A DNA stretch of 63,111 nt, filler included, from Octopus bimaculoides (taxonomy: Eukaryota), in assembly GCF_001194135.2 (NCBI RefSeq). It is 10 parts of 9 records of this genome, joined end to end, with 100 filler letters (N's around TTAATTAATTAA, not from the genome) between each part and the next. Parts side by side here need not be neighbours in the genome. Positions count along the whole stretch, not along the records: positions 20,649 to 34,400 come from NC_068983.1; positions 34,501 to 37,091 come from NW_026320478.1; positions 37,192 to 45,050 come from NC_068991.1; 7 more parts are not named here. One strand, written 5' to 3'. A program made the position numbers and the translations under genes. Under the pieces are notes generated by a model, which saw only the letters and a list, made by a program, of their open reading frames with translations, did no database searches and was not told the origin of the DNA. Shown here piece by piece: positions 24,430-37,621 of this stretch. Numbering within the stretch: the stretch's first letter is position 1; the number at the start of each line of letters is the position of its first letter.

Positions 24430-24900
24430 AACACCAACAATCCAGTGTTCCACTACCTTCAATAATGCATTGTGACTACTGTTCCAGTTGAGCAGTATGC
24501 TCATGGATTGTGACTCATCTGTCTGCATGAACAAATTAATCCATTTACTGGTGGTTTGTGTCAGTAGGCACTGTTGATGGTTCTCCCACTGCATGGTTTG
24601 TTTTCAATACTAATTTATCCTTTAAACATTGTCCATCTGTGCACAGTGTTCTTGTCAATAGTGTCATTTCTGTAAACAACATGTAGCCTTCTATCAATGT
24701 CAGACTATGCACCCATCCTTCATCAAGAACTCATTGCTTCTTCTTGGAGCTCATTATTTTCCTGCAATGTGAATTGAACAAGAAGAAGAGTTACTGTAGA
24801 AGGGTTACTCAACCAACATGTCAAATTGAACAACCTTTGTCTCTTAATGGAAAAGATATACGTATAATGTATTAAGTATATAAAATATACATCTATACAT
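24430..24900 (-). mobile_element. Heavily decayed mariner transposase N-terminal fragment
   Basis: Reverse complement resembles KPxSGRPST..TD....DR*VT (mariner SGRPS..DRRxT motif) with frameshifts. Confidence 0.4.
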
Positions 24901-24957
24901 GCATATACATATAATACCTCTAATATGCTATATAACACTATAAAACACACACACACA

Positions 24958-25011
<54 letters not shown>

Positions 25012-25013
25012 TA

Positions 25014-25230
25014 CAATGGGGTGCTGAAAGATTCCTGGCTTTAAGGGTATCAGGAAAGGCCTGGCTGGAGGCTCAACTTCCTGATTTCTTTTACAGGGTT
25101 TAGAAAAACTGAAGGATTGCTGCAATATGTATGTGAATCTGAGAGGGGAATATGTTGAATAAAATCATCATTAACTGATCTTACTGTGTTTTCTTTTACC
25201 CAAAGCTAGGAACTTTTCAGCACCCACTTG
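25014..25230 (+). mobile_element. Mariner-derived MITE (~215 bp)
   Basis: TIR GGGGTGCTGAAA / TTTTCAGCACCC; internal KLKDCCNMYVNLRGEYVE* resembles the mariner C-terminus; sister copy at 46615-46830. Confidence 0.8.
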
Positions 25231-25246
25231 TGTATGCGTGTCTGTA

Positions 25247-25282
<36 letters not shown>

Positions 25283-28200
25283 TATAAGTGTATGTGTGTG
25301 TGTGAATGTGCATGTTGATTAGAAATGCATGTTGAACATATTTATAAATTCCAGGTGTTATTCTAAACAAACCATTTTAGCATTTATAAATGCATTTTCA
25401 CTACATTACCTAATATTGATATGTGAATTACTAACACTTCTTATCTTGTTGTTATCACTCTCTGTTGAAAAGCCATGCTTAATTACATTTGTGTGTTTCT
25501 TTGTCAAATGTATTTCTGTATATATGTCAATGGAACACTATTGATATTCAATGGAAACGTTTTAGTCCCAGGACATTTCTTTGTGTATATGTTGTACTTA
25601 TTTATATACTGAAGAGCTTATATTATCACAATGACAATATTGTCATAAGTAATGTGATACCTGGATTTTAACTCAAAGGTATTTATTTTATTTGGCTTAA
25701 TTTAATAGTAACATTGTGGAAATTTTGTCTTTGATTTATAAGTAAGAGTGCTTGTTTTTAGATTCTATGTTTGAGTTCAAGTTGTGAAGGTTTTTCAGGT
25801 TTGTTTCTTAATCTCCTATCTTTATGAACCTGATAAAAACTTTGCAGATTAGCATATCTTAACATTTCTTTAGGAACTTCCATTTACATGTTGCTTGGTG
25901 CAGCAAGAACCCATTGGATAATGTATTCCAGGATACACTATAGTAAAATAATGATCTGGGACAGTTATGACTGAAAGTCTTTTAATCTTAGTTCTGTTTA
26001 GTCAGGGTTGATTTGGGGACAAGTGTCAATGATGTAATTTCCACTTACAGTTGGATATCCCTACTGAAGAATATAATAGCAATGTATGGATGAAAGCCAA
26101 TGCTTAGCAAGCTTTAGACTGCTTATTGTTATTCATCAAATTGCTCTTTAGTTTGACTAAAGCATTGATTTGGGGTATTTCTTGATAGTTTCACTAAAAC
26201 TGAAGAATGTTTTATACATTTTTTAATCCAGAAATTATCATCTGACAAAGTCCCTTGCTCTGAAAGACAGTACAGTATTTTTGATATGATTTAGATTTAT
26301 AGCTTATAAAACTGACAGGACAGTGATTTATCAACTTGGGCATTGTTGTTCTCCATTACTTGTACCTAACTGTAATAAAACTTGAGCCATGTTTAACTCA
26401 GCCTTCTATCTTTTTTGCTTCAATCCACTAAAATTTGTCCTTGGTCTTCTGTTAGAAATCCACCTGAAACCACTCTTTTTAAAGATTTTAAATTAAAACC
26501 TTAACTGAATTGCTGTTTAACTATTCTTGTATATTTTGTAAAGAATTTTTGTTGTTGTTTTGATTTATGAATAATGAATAATGTTATTTTAAGAAAACCC
26601 ATCATATTCTTGAATATTTTACAAACTAACTGAAATGCAGAGCCAATGCATTCTTGTTCAAAATATGATCTATAAGGGTTAATTTAAAAAAAGTTAATAA
26701 ACCTAAGAGATCATGATCCAAACATATGCATTGATATGCGATCCTGTTTGGAAATTGCCAAGTTCATATCTTTTATCTTGTTTCAATCATTAGACTGCAG
26801 CCATGTTTAGAAAAACTTCATTTCCTTCAAATCAGGAACTGAAGATAATATTTATCTTCTGTTACTTGTTTATTTTCATCAAAGCCTTTTAAGATTAACA
26901 ATTTTTTTAATGATTATTTATTTGACCTTATAATAGTCAAATTCTTCATAATCTCTGCTGTTGCATACTCAACAGAATTTGTGCAAAAGCCAATAATTCA
27001 CTGATAGTATCACTGACTAGAGATCCATGTTTCCAAGCTGATGACCTAATATTAGTCAATAAAAAAAAAAACTTCAACCTTCTATGTTTGATAAAATAAG
27101 TAGAAGTTGGATTAAGTATTGAATATTATAGCAGTGGATTCCTTTATTTAATGACATTATCAGCAAAATATGCTATAGTGTATTGAAAAAGGAAGTTTAT
27201 TTTTCTTTATCAAACACTGATTATTGATTTCATTTTCATGTGATGAGGAAAGTGTCCATTGAGTTTGTGAAACCTCTCCTACTGAAGGAAAAGGTTAGGT
27301 AGAGTCAACTGAATAAGGTTAATGGAGATAACGTTCAACTTTGAGTGCTTAAATGTTGAGAGTTTTTGTAAAGACATACACAGACTAGGAGTTTCAAATT
27401 TACTTAGTTTTGAAGGTAAATAATTTAGTGAAATATGTAGTAAAAATATCTGGATTAATAGTTCTGAAAGATGCATCACAATAAACTTCTGTATCATCAG
27501 GTGTTAAAAATATAACTTAAGATTTTAGAAAATTCACACTAATACTTGAGTATCTTGAAAAATATATTATTCATAATTTTATTATACATGTGTATGATTA
27601 ATAAAAAAAAATGTGAAGCAATAGTTTTGTATATATTTGTGAATGTTTAAATATCAAGTGTTCGGAAGGGCCAAACAAGACAGTAGAGCTTGACTCAGTC
27701 CTCTGGCTCTCCAGCTCCTGTCAAACTGTCCAGCTTCTGTCAAACCATCCATCATGGAAGGTGGATGCTAAATGTTGATGATGATGACAGCAAATTTTTT
27801 TAAATAATTTTCATGTGAAGTGAGCCAGTAAGCATTTGCTTGACCACTAGTGAGTCACTAAATCAGAAAGACTGTGAGTCACTAGTCTATATTAAAAGGA
27901 TAGTGGACATGCTTGAAGTGACAAGAATAGAAAAGTCAGTCTAAAATGGTGGTGGTCATATAAAATTAGCTGAAAGTTGTTCATGAGATTAGAGATCATT
28001 ATAGTTGCAGTCAAAGAGAGAGAGTACAGCTTTCAATGATAAGCAAATTGTTGAAGTGTGTGTGATAGCTTTTTTATTAGCATATTTTGGTCATTATTTA
28101 GATGGGAGAGCATGGGCACCATTTCAAATCAAATGCTTGAGCAGCACTTCATTATAAGGTTAATTTATATAGGATTAACAGATGCTTGAAGCTAAATTAT

Positions 28201-28884
28201 CTGGTTCTAAAGAAGAAGCATAATCTCTATGACACAACTTTGTGGATGTTTTGTGTGTATGGCTACATTGAGAAACATTTATAAGAAATGAAATTTTTTT
28301 AGCTATGTGTTATTCCTAATTAATCTGGGTGTAATGTTGTGAGTTAGTCGTTGATTTTGAATTTATATTCTTTTTCATTATATTTTTTCTGGGGTAAATT
28401 TATGCTGAAATTGTTATTTTGACATTTCACAAATTGATATTTTATGGACATTTGTAATTTTACTGTCAAGCTTCCTTCATAAGTTCCATGTTCTGTAACA
28501 TGGTTTGTTGTAAAGAGCTACACATTTGATAATTCCCCATTCTGTTTTAGGTGACTGATGATTATATTTCTCTAAAGATCAGTTAATTTTATACTTTAGC
28601 ATTTAAAAACAATTGTAGTCTCTTCTGTTTCATTAACAACGTTTTCAAGATAGGTCAAGGATATTGAAATTTATTTGTAAAAATTCTTAATAGTTATATA
28701 AATTTTTTACAATTCTTCTGAATATATTTTATGTGCCTGTCTGAGTTATTTCAACCAAAATACTATTTTATTAGTATTTTTTTAAACTTCAAGATTGATC
28801 CATTCAATAATATCAATTTTAGTAAAAAGTTGTTAGTAGTAGATAACATTTATTATTAGCTAACACACATATAAGTATAGACAT

Positions 28885-28922
<38 letters not shown>

Positions 28923-28976
28923 GGATTCCAACTGTTATATAGGTCAAACTTGTGCAACACTCTCTTGTAGGCTCAC

Positions 28977-29029
28977 CATGCATTCAATGTAAGGAGCAAA
29001 TGCTCCTTGTATTGCACCGCAAAACAAAG
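28977..29029 (-). CDS. Candidate exon of an MFS-like transporter, (S)LFCGAIQGAFAPYIECM
   Basis: Acceptor TTAATGTTTTCCTATCTAG, donor G|GTGAGC, 53 nt open in phase 1 to 0; resembles an MFS TM4/TM10 GxxxG..P helix. Confidence 0.5.
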
Positions 29030-29143
29030 CTAGATAGGAAAACATTAACGGAATATATCTCTATACTTTATAAAATCCCTCACTGATACAGAAAACTGTC
29101 GATGGAAGCAATGCAAATATTGAAACATAAGGTTACAATTAAC

Positions 29144-29314
29144 AAGCAACATATATCACAGTCATATTAACACAGATCACAACTGCAAATCTGATGACAT
29201 AGATCACTAATAAACTAATGATCAAGTTCTGGTGGGAAAATCTGTTGTTTAATGCACTCTCTATAAAACAGGCAGCACAAAATCCCAAAACAAACCCAAA
29301 CACTGAAGATGAGG
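29144..29314 (-). CDS. Candidate exon of an MFS-like transporter, ASSSVFGFVLGFCAACFIESALNNRFSHQNLIISLLVIYVIRFAVVICVNMTVIYVA
   Basis: Strong acceptor ATTTTTATCTTATCTCAG; 171 nt open; two hydrophobic helices around ALNNRFSHQ (MFS motif-A-like). Donor T|GTTAAT is weak but joins the next exon in frame across a 114-nt intron. Confidence 0.5.
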
Positions 29315-29362
29315 CTGAGATAAGATAAAAATGTTGGTGATAAAAGATAAATTCAGGAGCCT

Positions 29363-29400
<38 letters not shown>

Positions 29401-29529
29401 ATTTATATATATAACTATATATACACACATATGTATATCTGTTTATATTTATACTCATGTATGTATATATATATATATATATACAGGGTACAGTGAATTA
29501 CTGTTGTCTAAATTAGTAGACCATTATGG

Positions 29530-30227
29530 GTTGACCATATTATCTTACAAAATTGGAAAATGTTGGAATCCATGGAAAACTTCTACACTGGATTAAGTAT
29601 TCCCTGGAGAATAGAACACAAGAAGTTGTTGTCGATGGAGTCCACTCAAACCCAGCAAAAGTCACCAGTGGTGTCCCTCAAAGGACTGTCTTGGGCCCAC
29701 TCCTCTTTATAATTTATATAAATGACCTTTCCAGCATTGTAAATCACTGCAAAGTGAAAATATTTGCTGATGACACTAAGCTCCAGCAAATCATCAATGA
29801 AGAAGAAGACCGAACCCAACTCCAGTCTAATCTATATGCTGTGAGTCAATGGGCAGATAAAAACAAAATGAAACTGAACGAGGGAAAATTTGAGCTGATG
29901 CATTTTGGAAGAAAGTCTATACTAAAACAGCCATACTCTCTTCCTTCAGGGGAATCGCTCACAGCATCCAATGATATCAGAGATCTGGGTGTAATTGTTG
30001 ACAGCAATCTCAATTGGAGTGCCCACATCAACGATAAGGTCGATATAGCTCATAGGATGAACTCCTGGATCTTAAGAACCTTCCGGTCCAGAGAACAAGG
30101 TGTCATCATTCATCTTTTCTCGTCCTTTGTATGGCTACACCTCGAATACTGCTGCCCCTTGTGGTCTCCCCATACAAAACAAAACATCTCGAGGATTGAA
30201 TCACTCCAGAGGGCACTCACTAAATAA
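29530..30227 (+). mobile_element. CR1/L2-clade LINE reverse transcriptase fragment (224-aa open frame)
   Basis: [40 protein letters not shown]; truncated by TA microsatellites. Confidence 0.9.
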
Positions 30228-31420
30228 ATTGAAGGCATATATATATATGTATATATGTATACATATATATATATGTATATATATATATGTATACATATAT
30301 GTATATATATATATATGTACACACATACACATGTATATGCATACATATATACATACACATGCATGCATATATAGGTGAATTGGTAAAGTTGTTAGAATGT
30401 TGGACAGAATACCTTGCAATACCTCTTCCTCCTCCCTCTCTGCTTGTCTTCCATGAAAGAGAGAAAACTCTTGACTAAGCATATGCCTTGGAATGGAAAT
30501 TTCTGTTTGCAGATCCATAATTTCATGAGAGATAAAGAAACCTCAGATTCCATCAGAACATTAGCTATGATATAATGATATAACTTTTGTTTCTCATTTT
30601 TTTCTGTGATATTTTTCTTGTTTTATTATATGTATCTATGAGGTTGTAATCTCATTTTTTGTCCTTGTATGATGATATGTTCTGCTTAGTCACTGGAATT
30701 GCATTGTCCCCAAGAGACTGCAATTCTTTTGGTCTAAAGAAAAACGAAAATATTTAACAATCTTTATTCTGACTCAAAACACCACTTCACTTTTTGCATC
30801 TTAGTGTTGTTGGAAAATGACATTTAGAGAGAGAACGGTTAGATAGTTTCCTCTGAAGTTCTTCTTCCTGCTGTTGAAAATTTCTGAAAAAAAAATTATA
30901 TCTACCTGCCTGTCTGTCTGTCTGTTCATCCATCCATCCATCCTTTTAGTCATTCAACGACCAATCAATTAGTCTGATACAAGAGCAAGCAAAAAAGCAT
31001 GTACTTAATACATATAATACAGTTTATACAATTTGTTCCAGCCTGAGATATTCTGCTTCCCTATTCTAACTTTTTTATGTCACAGTGAAACCTGGAACAT
31101 GATATTCTTAATAGTAATGGAATTGGAGTAAAGTCTGAGCTTTGGTACTTCGTTTTCATATCTGGTTTGCAAGATTCTTTATGCAAATTCATGTATAGGA
31201 AATTTGGTGGATAGGAATTGTTCAGCAGCCCATTATGTACATATGCATGTGTGCGCGCACATGCATGTGTGTATGTGCTTATATATATATATGTATATAT
31301 ATATAGTTTTAGAGAAAAGAACCAAAGTTCATGAACTCATCCATGAAAATCCACAGTCACATATTTTAATTTTTGTTAAATTGAATTTAATTGAGTTTTT
31401 ACTTTGGATTTTTATCCCTA

Positions 31421-31469
<49 letters not shown>

Positions 31470-31482
31470 TATTATTATTATT

Positions 31483-31518
<36 letters not shown>

Positions 31519-31850
31519 TTTTACTAGGAAAAGGTTGACAGGGACTTTGTAGTTTCAACTTTCTTGCCTCCTTCAGTTTTCAAAGTCACTATCAACCTGT
31601 TCTTTGTAAAACGTTTAATAAACATGAACTCTACTAAAAGTATTGACTAATCCTTCAGTTTAATGTTAAGTTGTTTTTATACATAACTTGACATAAAAAT
31701 AACTATTAACTTTTAATACATATATCCATATCTTTGTGTGTGTGTGTTATCAGGTAGCTATTATTTTTCACCGAGTTGTATACTATTTGTGAGTACTCTT
31801 AACTGTGATGTAGCTGAGCAACCTTGAATGAAATAGCTGACAAATCTCTG

Positions 31851-31905
31851 TCATATCACTCCCTCTCACTCATATCACTCCCTCTCACTCATATCACTCC
31901 CTCTT
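31851..31905. repeat. 19-bp tandem repeat, ~3 copies
   Basis: TCATATCACTCCCTCTCAC repeated. Confidence 0.85.
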
Positions 31906-33468
31906 ACCTTAACCCTTAAGTATTTGAACTGATCATATTTTGCCTCTTTTATGTTTAAACTGGTCAGATCTACCACATCAAAATTTTGAAGCTACAAGAC
32001 AGTGCATGATTAATTTAAAACGATGCGAATAAATAAATATTACATTTGGCAGAATAATCTGAATGCTAAAAGGTTAAGAGGTGAAAGACATAGAAGATAA
32101 TGTGGTCTTTTAGGCACACAACCTGAAAGAAGAAATGGGATGAGTAATTACAGCTGGAAGGATTTTGGCCATAGGGTTGCTCCATTAGGTCAAATCTGAG
32201 GTTAAGCAACAACAGCAGTGTACTATCTGATATAGCCTCCCTGTTATCAGTGTAACCTATTGGTTTATGGGTTTGGGAGAGCATCCCCTATTCATGTTTT
32301 AAAAGAACTAGTATATAGATAATGTTGGGGAGATGATGTTTAAGGAATAGAGAATGTGAGGGAGTATAAGTGATTCTGTATATATATGTATGTAAAAGTG
32401 TCTTTGTCTGTTTGGTGTTTGTATATCTCTGAGTAAATAGTAGAAAAAAAGAAAGAGGATTATTAAAAGAAAAGAAAAAAAAAAAATTGTTGTAAGCAGA
32501 TTATATGAAGAAAGTGATATAAAGTTGCAGATCAAGTAAATATGCTATATCAAAGATGTTAAAAATATCAGCTTGTATATGTATGTGTATATATATATAT
32601 CTGTATATACATATGAAAATGAGATGACAAAGGAATAATAGATAAATTGCACTTTATATTCAAGGCTTCGATGAAGCTATAAAGTGTTACTCAGGCATTC
32701 AACTATGAGTTCACTGCATCTTATAGCAGAAACAGCTCTTAGGAAATGAAGTTCATGAGATAATCATTTATTCTTTTGTCACCTCATTTTCTTTTTATTG
32801 CTTCATACTTGTCTAACACTTTGTTTTGAAGCACACGTATACTGAGTTCTACACCAGGTTATTAGTCTCACAAAGCCTCCATGAAATGTATGTATGCATG
32901 TGTGTGAGTATATCGAAATGTCTAGTTAGAATAGAGGCAGCTGACGAAGGATTAATTCCAAGTGGCTATCTGTTTTCCTATGTGTTCGTTCCGTGGTCTG
33001 TAGTTCATTGTTCTAACGTCCTGTACCCTGATATGCATCTATATACACATGAAGATGTAAGTATGTACATATATGTGTGTATACATGCATATATATTCTT
33101 TGTATATATATATATATATATATATATNNNNNNNNNNNNNNNNNNNNNNNNNNNNNNNNNNNNNNNNNNNNNNNNNNNNNNNNNNNNNNNNNNNNNNNNN
33201 NNNNNNNNNNNNNNNNNNNNNNNNNNNNNNNNNNNNNNNNNNNNNNNNNNNNNNNNNNNNNNNNNNNNNNNNNNNNNNNNNNNNNNNNNNNNNNNNNNNN
33301 NNNNNNNNNNNNNNNNNNNNNNNNNNNNNNNNNNNNNNNNNNNNNNNNNNNNNNNNNNNNNNNNNNNNNNNNNNNNNNNNNNNNNNNNNNNNNNNNNNNN
33401 NNNNNNNNNNNNNNNNNNNNNNNNNNNNNNNNNNNNNNNNNNNNNNNNNNNNNNNNNNNNNNNNNNNN

Positions 33469-33506
<38 letters not shown>

Positions 33507-34361
33507 TACATACAGGCAGACAGACACATACACTTATTAAAGTTGTTATTAGAATTGTTTAACCTTCAACTCATCAGAGTCCTGACTTACCAGGTTTCTG
33601 GTTACACATGTTACAATCATAACTGTCTACTCTTTCTTTTAGTCATTGAGTAGCTAAGTAAGGTTATGTTATCTATTGCATTGTCCTTTTTTTTCTCAAA
33701 AGGAGATTTAGCTGCTATTTATGGCAGGCATGGTAACCACATGGCAGTTTTCTTAATCAATAGATATGACAAATGTTTAGGATTTAGGTATTAATATAAT
33801 TGGCAGAGTACATATACATATATCAGGGATGTGCTGGCTGGGTGAACAAGGTGGGCAGTGCCTACCTTGAATAAAATAGACTTATAGCAACATTTTCCTT
33901 TTATGGCAAAATATGCACCTAATTCAATAAAATTATGGAAGTTAGTCTGGTTACTATGTATAAAATGCAAAATATTTTAGGTAGGCATAATTCACTCCTA
34001 CTTTTCAATCTCAGTATTTAAGTTACGCATAGGATTGCTGTAGTACACACGTTATGTACATTCCTACAACACCGTTTTCTTTACGTGCTATAAAGGCAGA
34101 AATAAATCTGCCTTTAACCCAGTCATATGCCTGTGTTTCGCTTATTTTTAGTGTGTTTTACTATGTAAATATCACCAACTGCCTACCTTGAGTAATTACT
34201 GATGGCTTGTGCCTGGTATGTGTGTATATATATATGCATGTATGTATATATGTATGTATGTATGTACGTACGTACATACTGACTAATGGCAGTGGCCCAG
34301 CATGACTGCAGTCAAATGACTAACAAGTAAAAAAGAATGTATATATGTATGGATGTGTATG

Positions 34362-34400
<39 letters not shown>

Positions 34401-35329
34401 NNNNNNNNNNNNNNNNNNNNNNNNNNNNNNNNNNNNNNNNNNNNTTAATTAATTAANNNNNNNNNNNNNNNNNNNNNNNNNNNNNNNNNNNNNNNNNNNN
34501 ATATATAAATATATAAATATAAATATATAAAGGCGACTCGAGTTTCAGGTGCCCAAGCATAGCACCAACCTTTGAGCTGAAACATGTAGAGGAATGACAG
34601 AATAAATGTGCTCATGTATGCATGTAAGTGTTTGATGTTCGGAAATGAATACCTAGGTATTCCTTCATGATAAATATAGAACATAATTTAACTCTCATCC
34701 ACTAAAATAAGTTTAAAATAAAATATATATATATATGCATTCATGTGTGCGCATGCGTACAGTCATACATAAACACATTTGCAGACAGACACACATAAAT
34801 ACATTTATATTCACTTAAGGTTGTCTAATTTAATCTTGATACATTTTTAATCGTTTTTTTGTTGTTTTTTTTTTTTGTTTTTTTTTTACATGAGGATAAA
34901 AATACAGCATTAATTATCTTTATCACCGAATTAATATAAATACCATTTAGAAAAAAAGACATTAAAGAATAAAGAGGGAGTGGGGGTAAAAAAAAAAGAA
35001 CAGCGGAAAAACGATGCAGAGACACCGTTAGTAACAGTAAATAAGCCTCGCAGCGAATCAGGGGAGATACACATACGGAAAATATACAAAGTCAGCAGCG
35101 AAGATAGAAGAATGTAATCAAGAATAGGATGTCAGTATTTAGTAATACACTCCACAAATATTGGTTACAAATCTTGGCACAAGACCAGCAATTCCGGCAG
35201 AGGCGGTGAGTCGATTACATCGAAACCCCTCGTTTTTTTCAACTGGTACCTGTTTTATCGACCTTGGAAGGATGAAGGGCAAAGTCGACCTCGATGGAAT
35301 TTGAACTTGATACATGGTTGACACTCCGT

Positions 35330-35710
35330 TGGCTACACGACGTCGAGGGGTCCCAGTTGATCCGATCAGCGGAATAGCCTGCTGCTCTTGAAAATTAACG
35401 TGCAAGTGGCTGAGCACTCCACAGACACGTGTACCCTTAACGTAGTTCTCGGGGATATTCAGCGTGACACAGAGTGTGACAAGACTGACCCTTTGAATTA
35501 AAGGCACAAAGCAGAAACAAGAAGTAAGAGTGAGAGAAAGTTGTGGTGAAAGAGTACAGCAGGGTTCGCCACCATCCCCTGCCGGAGCCTTGTGGAACTT
35601 TGGGTGTTTTCGCTCAATAAACACTCACAACGCCCGGTCTGGGAATCGAAACCGCGATCCTATGACCGCGAGTCCGCTGCCCTAACCACTGGGCCATTGC
35701 GCCTCCACTT
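35330..35710 (-). mobile_element. SINE family C (GGAGGCGCAATGGCCCAGTGG tRNA head)
   Basis: Reverse complement matches the 55296-55665 copy along its length. Confidence 0.9.
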
Positions 35711-35719
35711 AAAACATAA

Positions 35720-35826
35720 AACATAAAGAAGGACGAAATGTCGCTAAGCATTTTGCCTAGCGTGCTAACAATTTTGCCAGCTTACTGCCTCCCATGATGT
35801 TGATGATGATGATGATTATAATAATC

Positions 35827-35857
<31 letters not shown>

Positions 35858-36240
35858 TAATAATAATAATCTTTCTTACTCTAGGCACAAGGCCCGAAAT
35901 TTATGGGAGGAGGACCAGTCGATTAGATCGACGCCAGTACGCAACTGGTACGTAATCTATCGACCCCGAAAGGATGAAAGGCAAAGTCGACCTCGGCGGA
36001 ATTTGAACTCAGAACGTAAAGCCAGACGAAATGCCGCTAAGCATTTCGCCCGGCGTGCTACCGATTCTGCCAGTTTGTCACACTGCTTTTATAAAATTTG
36101 TTGATTGCAAATTTTGGCGCTAGGCCAGCAATGTTGGAATAGGGGCTGAGTAGATTACATCATCCCCAGTGCTGAACCGATACTTCATTTATCGACTCCG
36201 AAAGGAGCGAGAGTCAAAGTGGACCTCGGCTTCTGAGGGA
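35720..36240 (-). mobile_element. Cluster of about three SINE family B copies or fragments around a (TAA)n tract
   Basis: Repeated GGATGAAAGGCAAAGTCGACCTCGGCGGAATTTGAACTC-type segments. Confidence 0.8.
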
Positions 36241-37033
36241 GGATATTCGGCGAAAGCGACAGGATCTGTAAAGGGCAACGGATTAGCTTCTCCACAACGA
36301 CAGTGCGCCCTGTGACTTGGGTTTCCTCACTCGTGATTCTCTCACACGGTGTCGCTTCCGTATTCATCCTATTCGCCAGATTATTTAGCACCTCTTTTAC
36401 TCTTTTACTTGTTTCAGTCATTTGACTGCGGCCATGCTGGAGCACCGCCTTTAGTCGAGAAAATCGAGAAGATATGTACGCGAAAATATGTACGGGTGTC
36501 GCTCTGCTCGATAAAACGTCTCAAAGCGGTGCACCAGCTTGGCCGCAATCCACAGACTGAATGAAATAAAGGATAAAAGATAGTATCATAGTATAACGGA
36601 GCACTAAGTAGGGCGGTGTGGAGTCGTATGAGGAGCGACAAGAGGTTGAATAGCGTCATGACTGCGAGGTTATCGTTATTTCAGATACGAAGATATTCTA
36701 ACTGCTTTCTTCAGAATGTATCATTTTTTTTATAACGATATTTGATAACATCCATCATCTTCGAAGCTGAGTGCGGATTACATTTGCATAAATTAAACAT
36801 ACATGCAGGAAGTAGGTCTGTGATGGTGGCAATGGGCGTCATAGTGTTGATGTTTGCGATGTGTGGGTGGAGGTGTACTGGTTGCGATGTTTGTGGTAGT
36901 GGCGGGTGTTGTTGGTGGTTGAGTTCTAAAGTAATTGTATTGGTGGCGGTTGGGGTAGGAGTACCATAGTTATTTTTGCCGTAAGGTAGTGTTGCGGGAA
37001 TGCACACTTATACATTGTCAGATAACACACACA

Positions 37034-37091
<58 letters not shown>

Positions 37092-37225
37092 NNNNNNNNN
37101 NNNNNNNNNNNNNNNNNNNNNNNNNNNNNNNNNNNTTAATTAATTAANNNNNNNNNNNNNNNNNNNNNNNNNNNNNNNNNNNNNNNNNNNNGTGTGCGTG
37201 GTTTGGCTGTTTATCTGTTAGTGTG

Positions 37226-37276
<51 letters not shown>

Positions 37277-37621
37277 ATTTGTGTGTGTGTGTGTGCGTGT
37301 ATATGCGTAGTATGTGTACATATATGTGTTACTGTTTGTTGTGTGTGTATGTGAGTTATGTGTGGGTTCATTTGCATGTGTGTACATGTATGTGCACCTA
37401 GGTGTGTGTGTGTGTGTGAGTGTGTGTGTGGGAGTTATGTGTAGGTTCATTTGCATGTGTGTGTAAGTGAGTTCGTTTTTACAAGTGTGTGTATGTGTCT
37501 TGTGTGTGTTCGTGTGTATGTGTGTGTGCGTGTGATGTGTGTGCGTGTGTGTATGTATGTATGTATACTTGGGTGTGTGTGTGTGTGAGTGCGTGATATA
37601 TGCATATGCATACCATCTATC

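Noticed and set aside
27279-27497. Leu-rich 72-aa minus ORF resembling an LRR
   Set aside because: No LxxLxLxxN periodicity and no convincing splice boundaries; composition fits AT-rich DNA.
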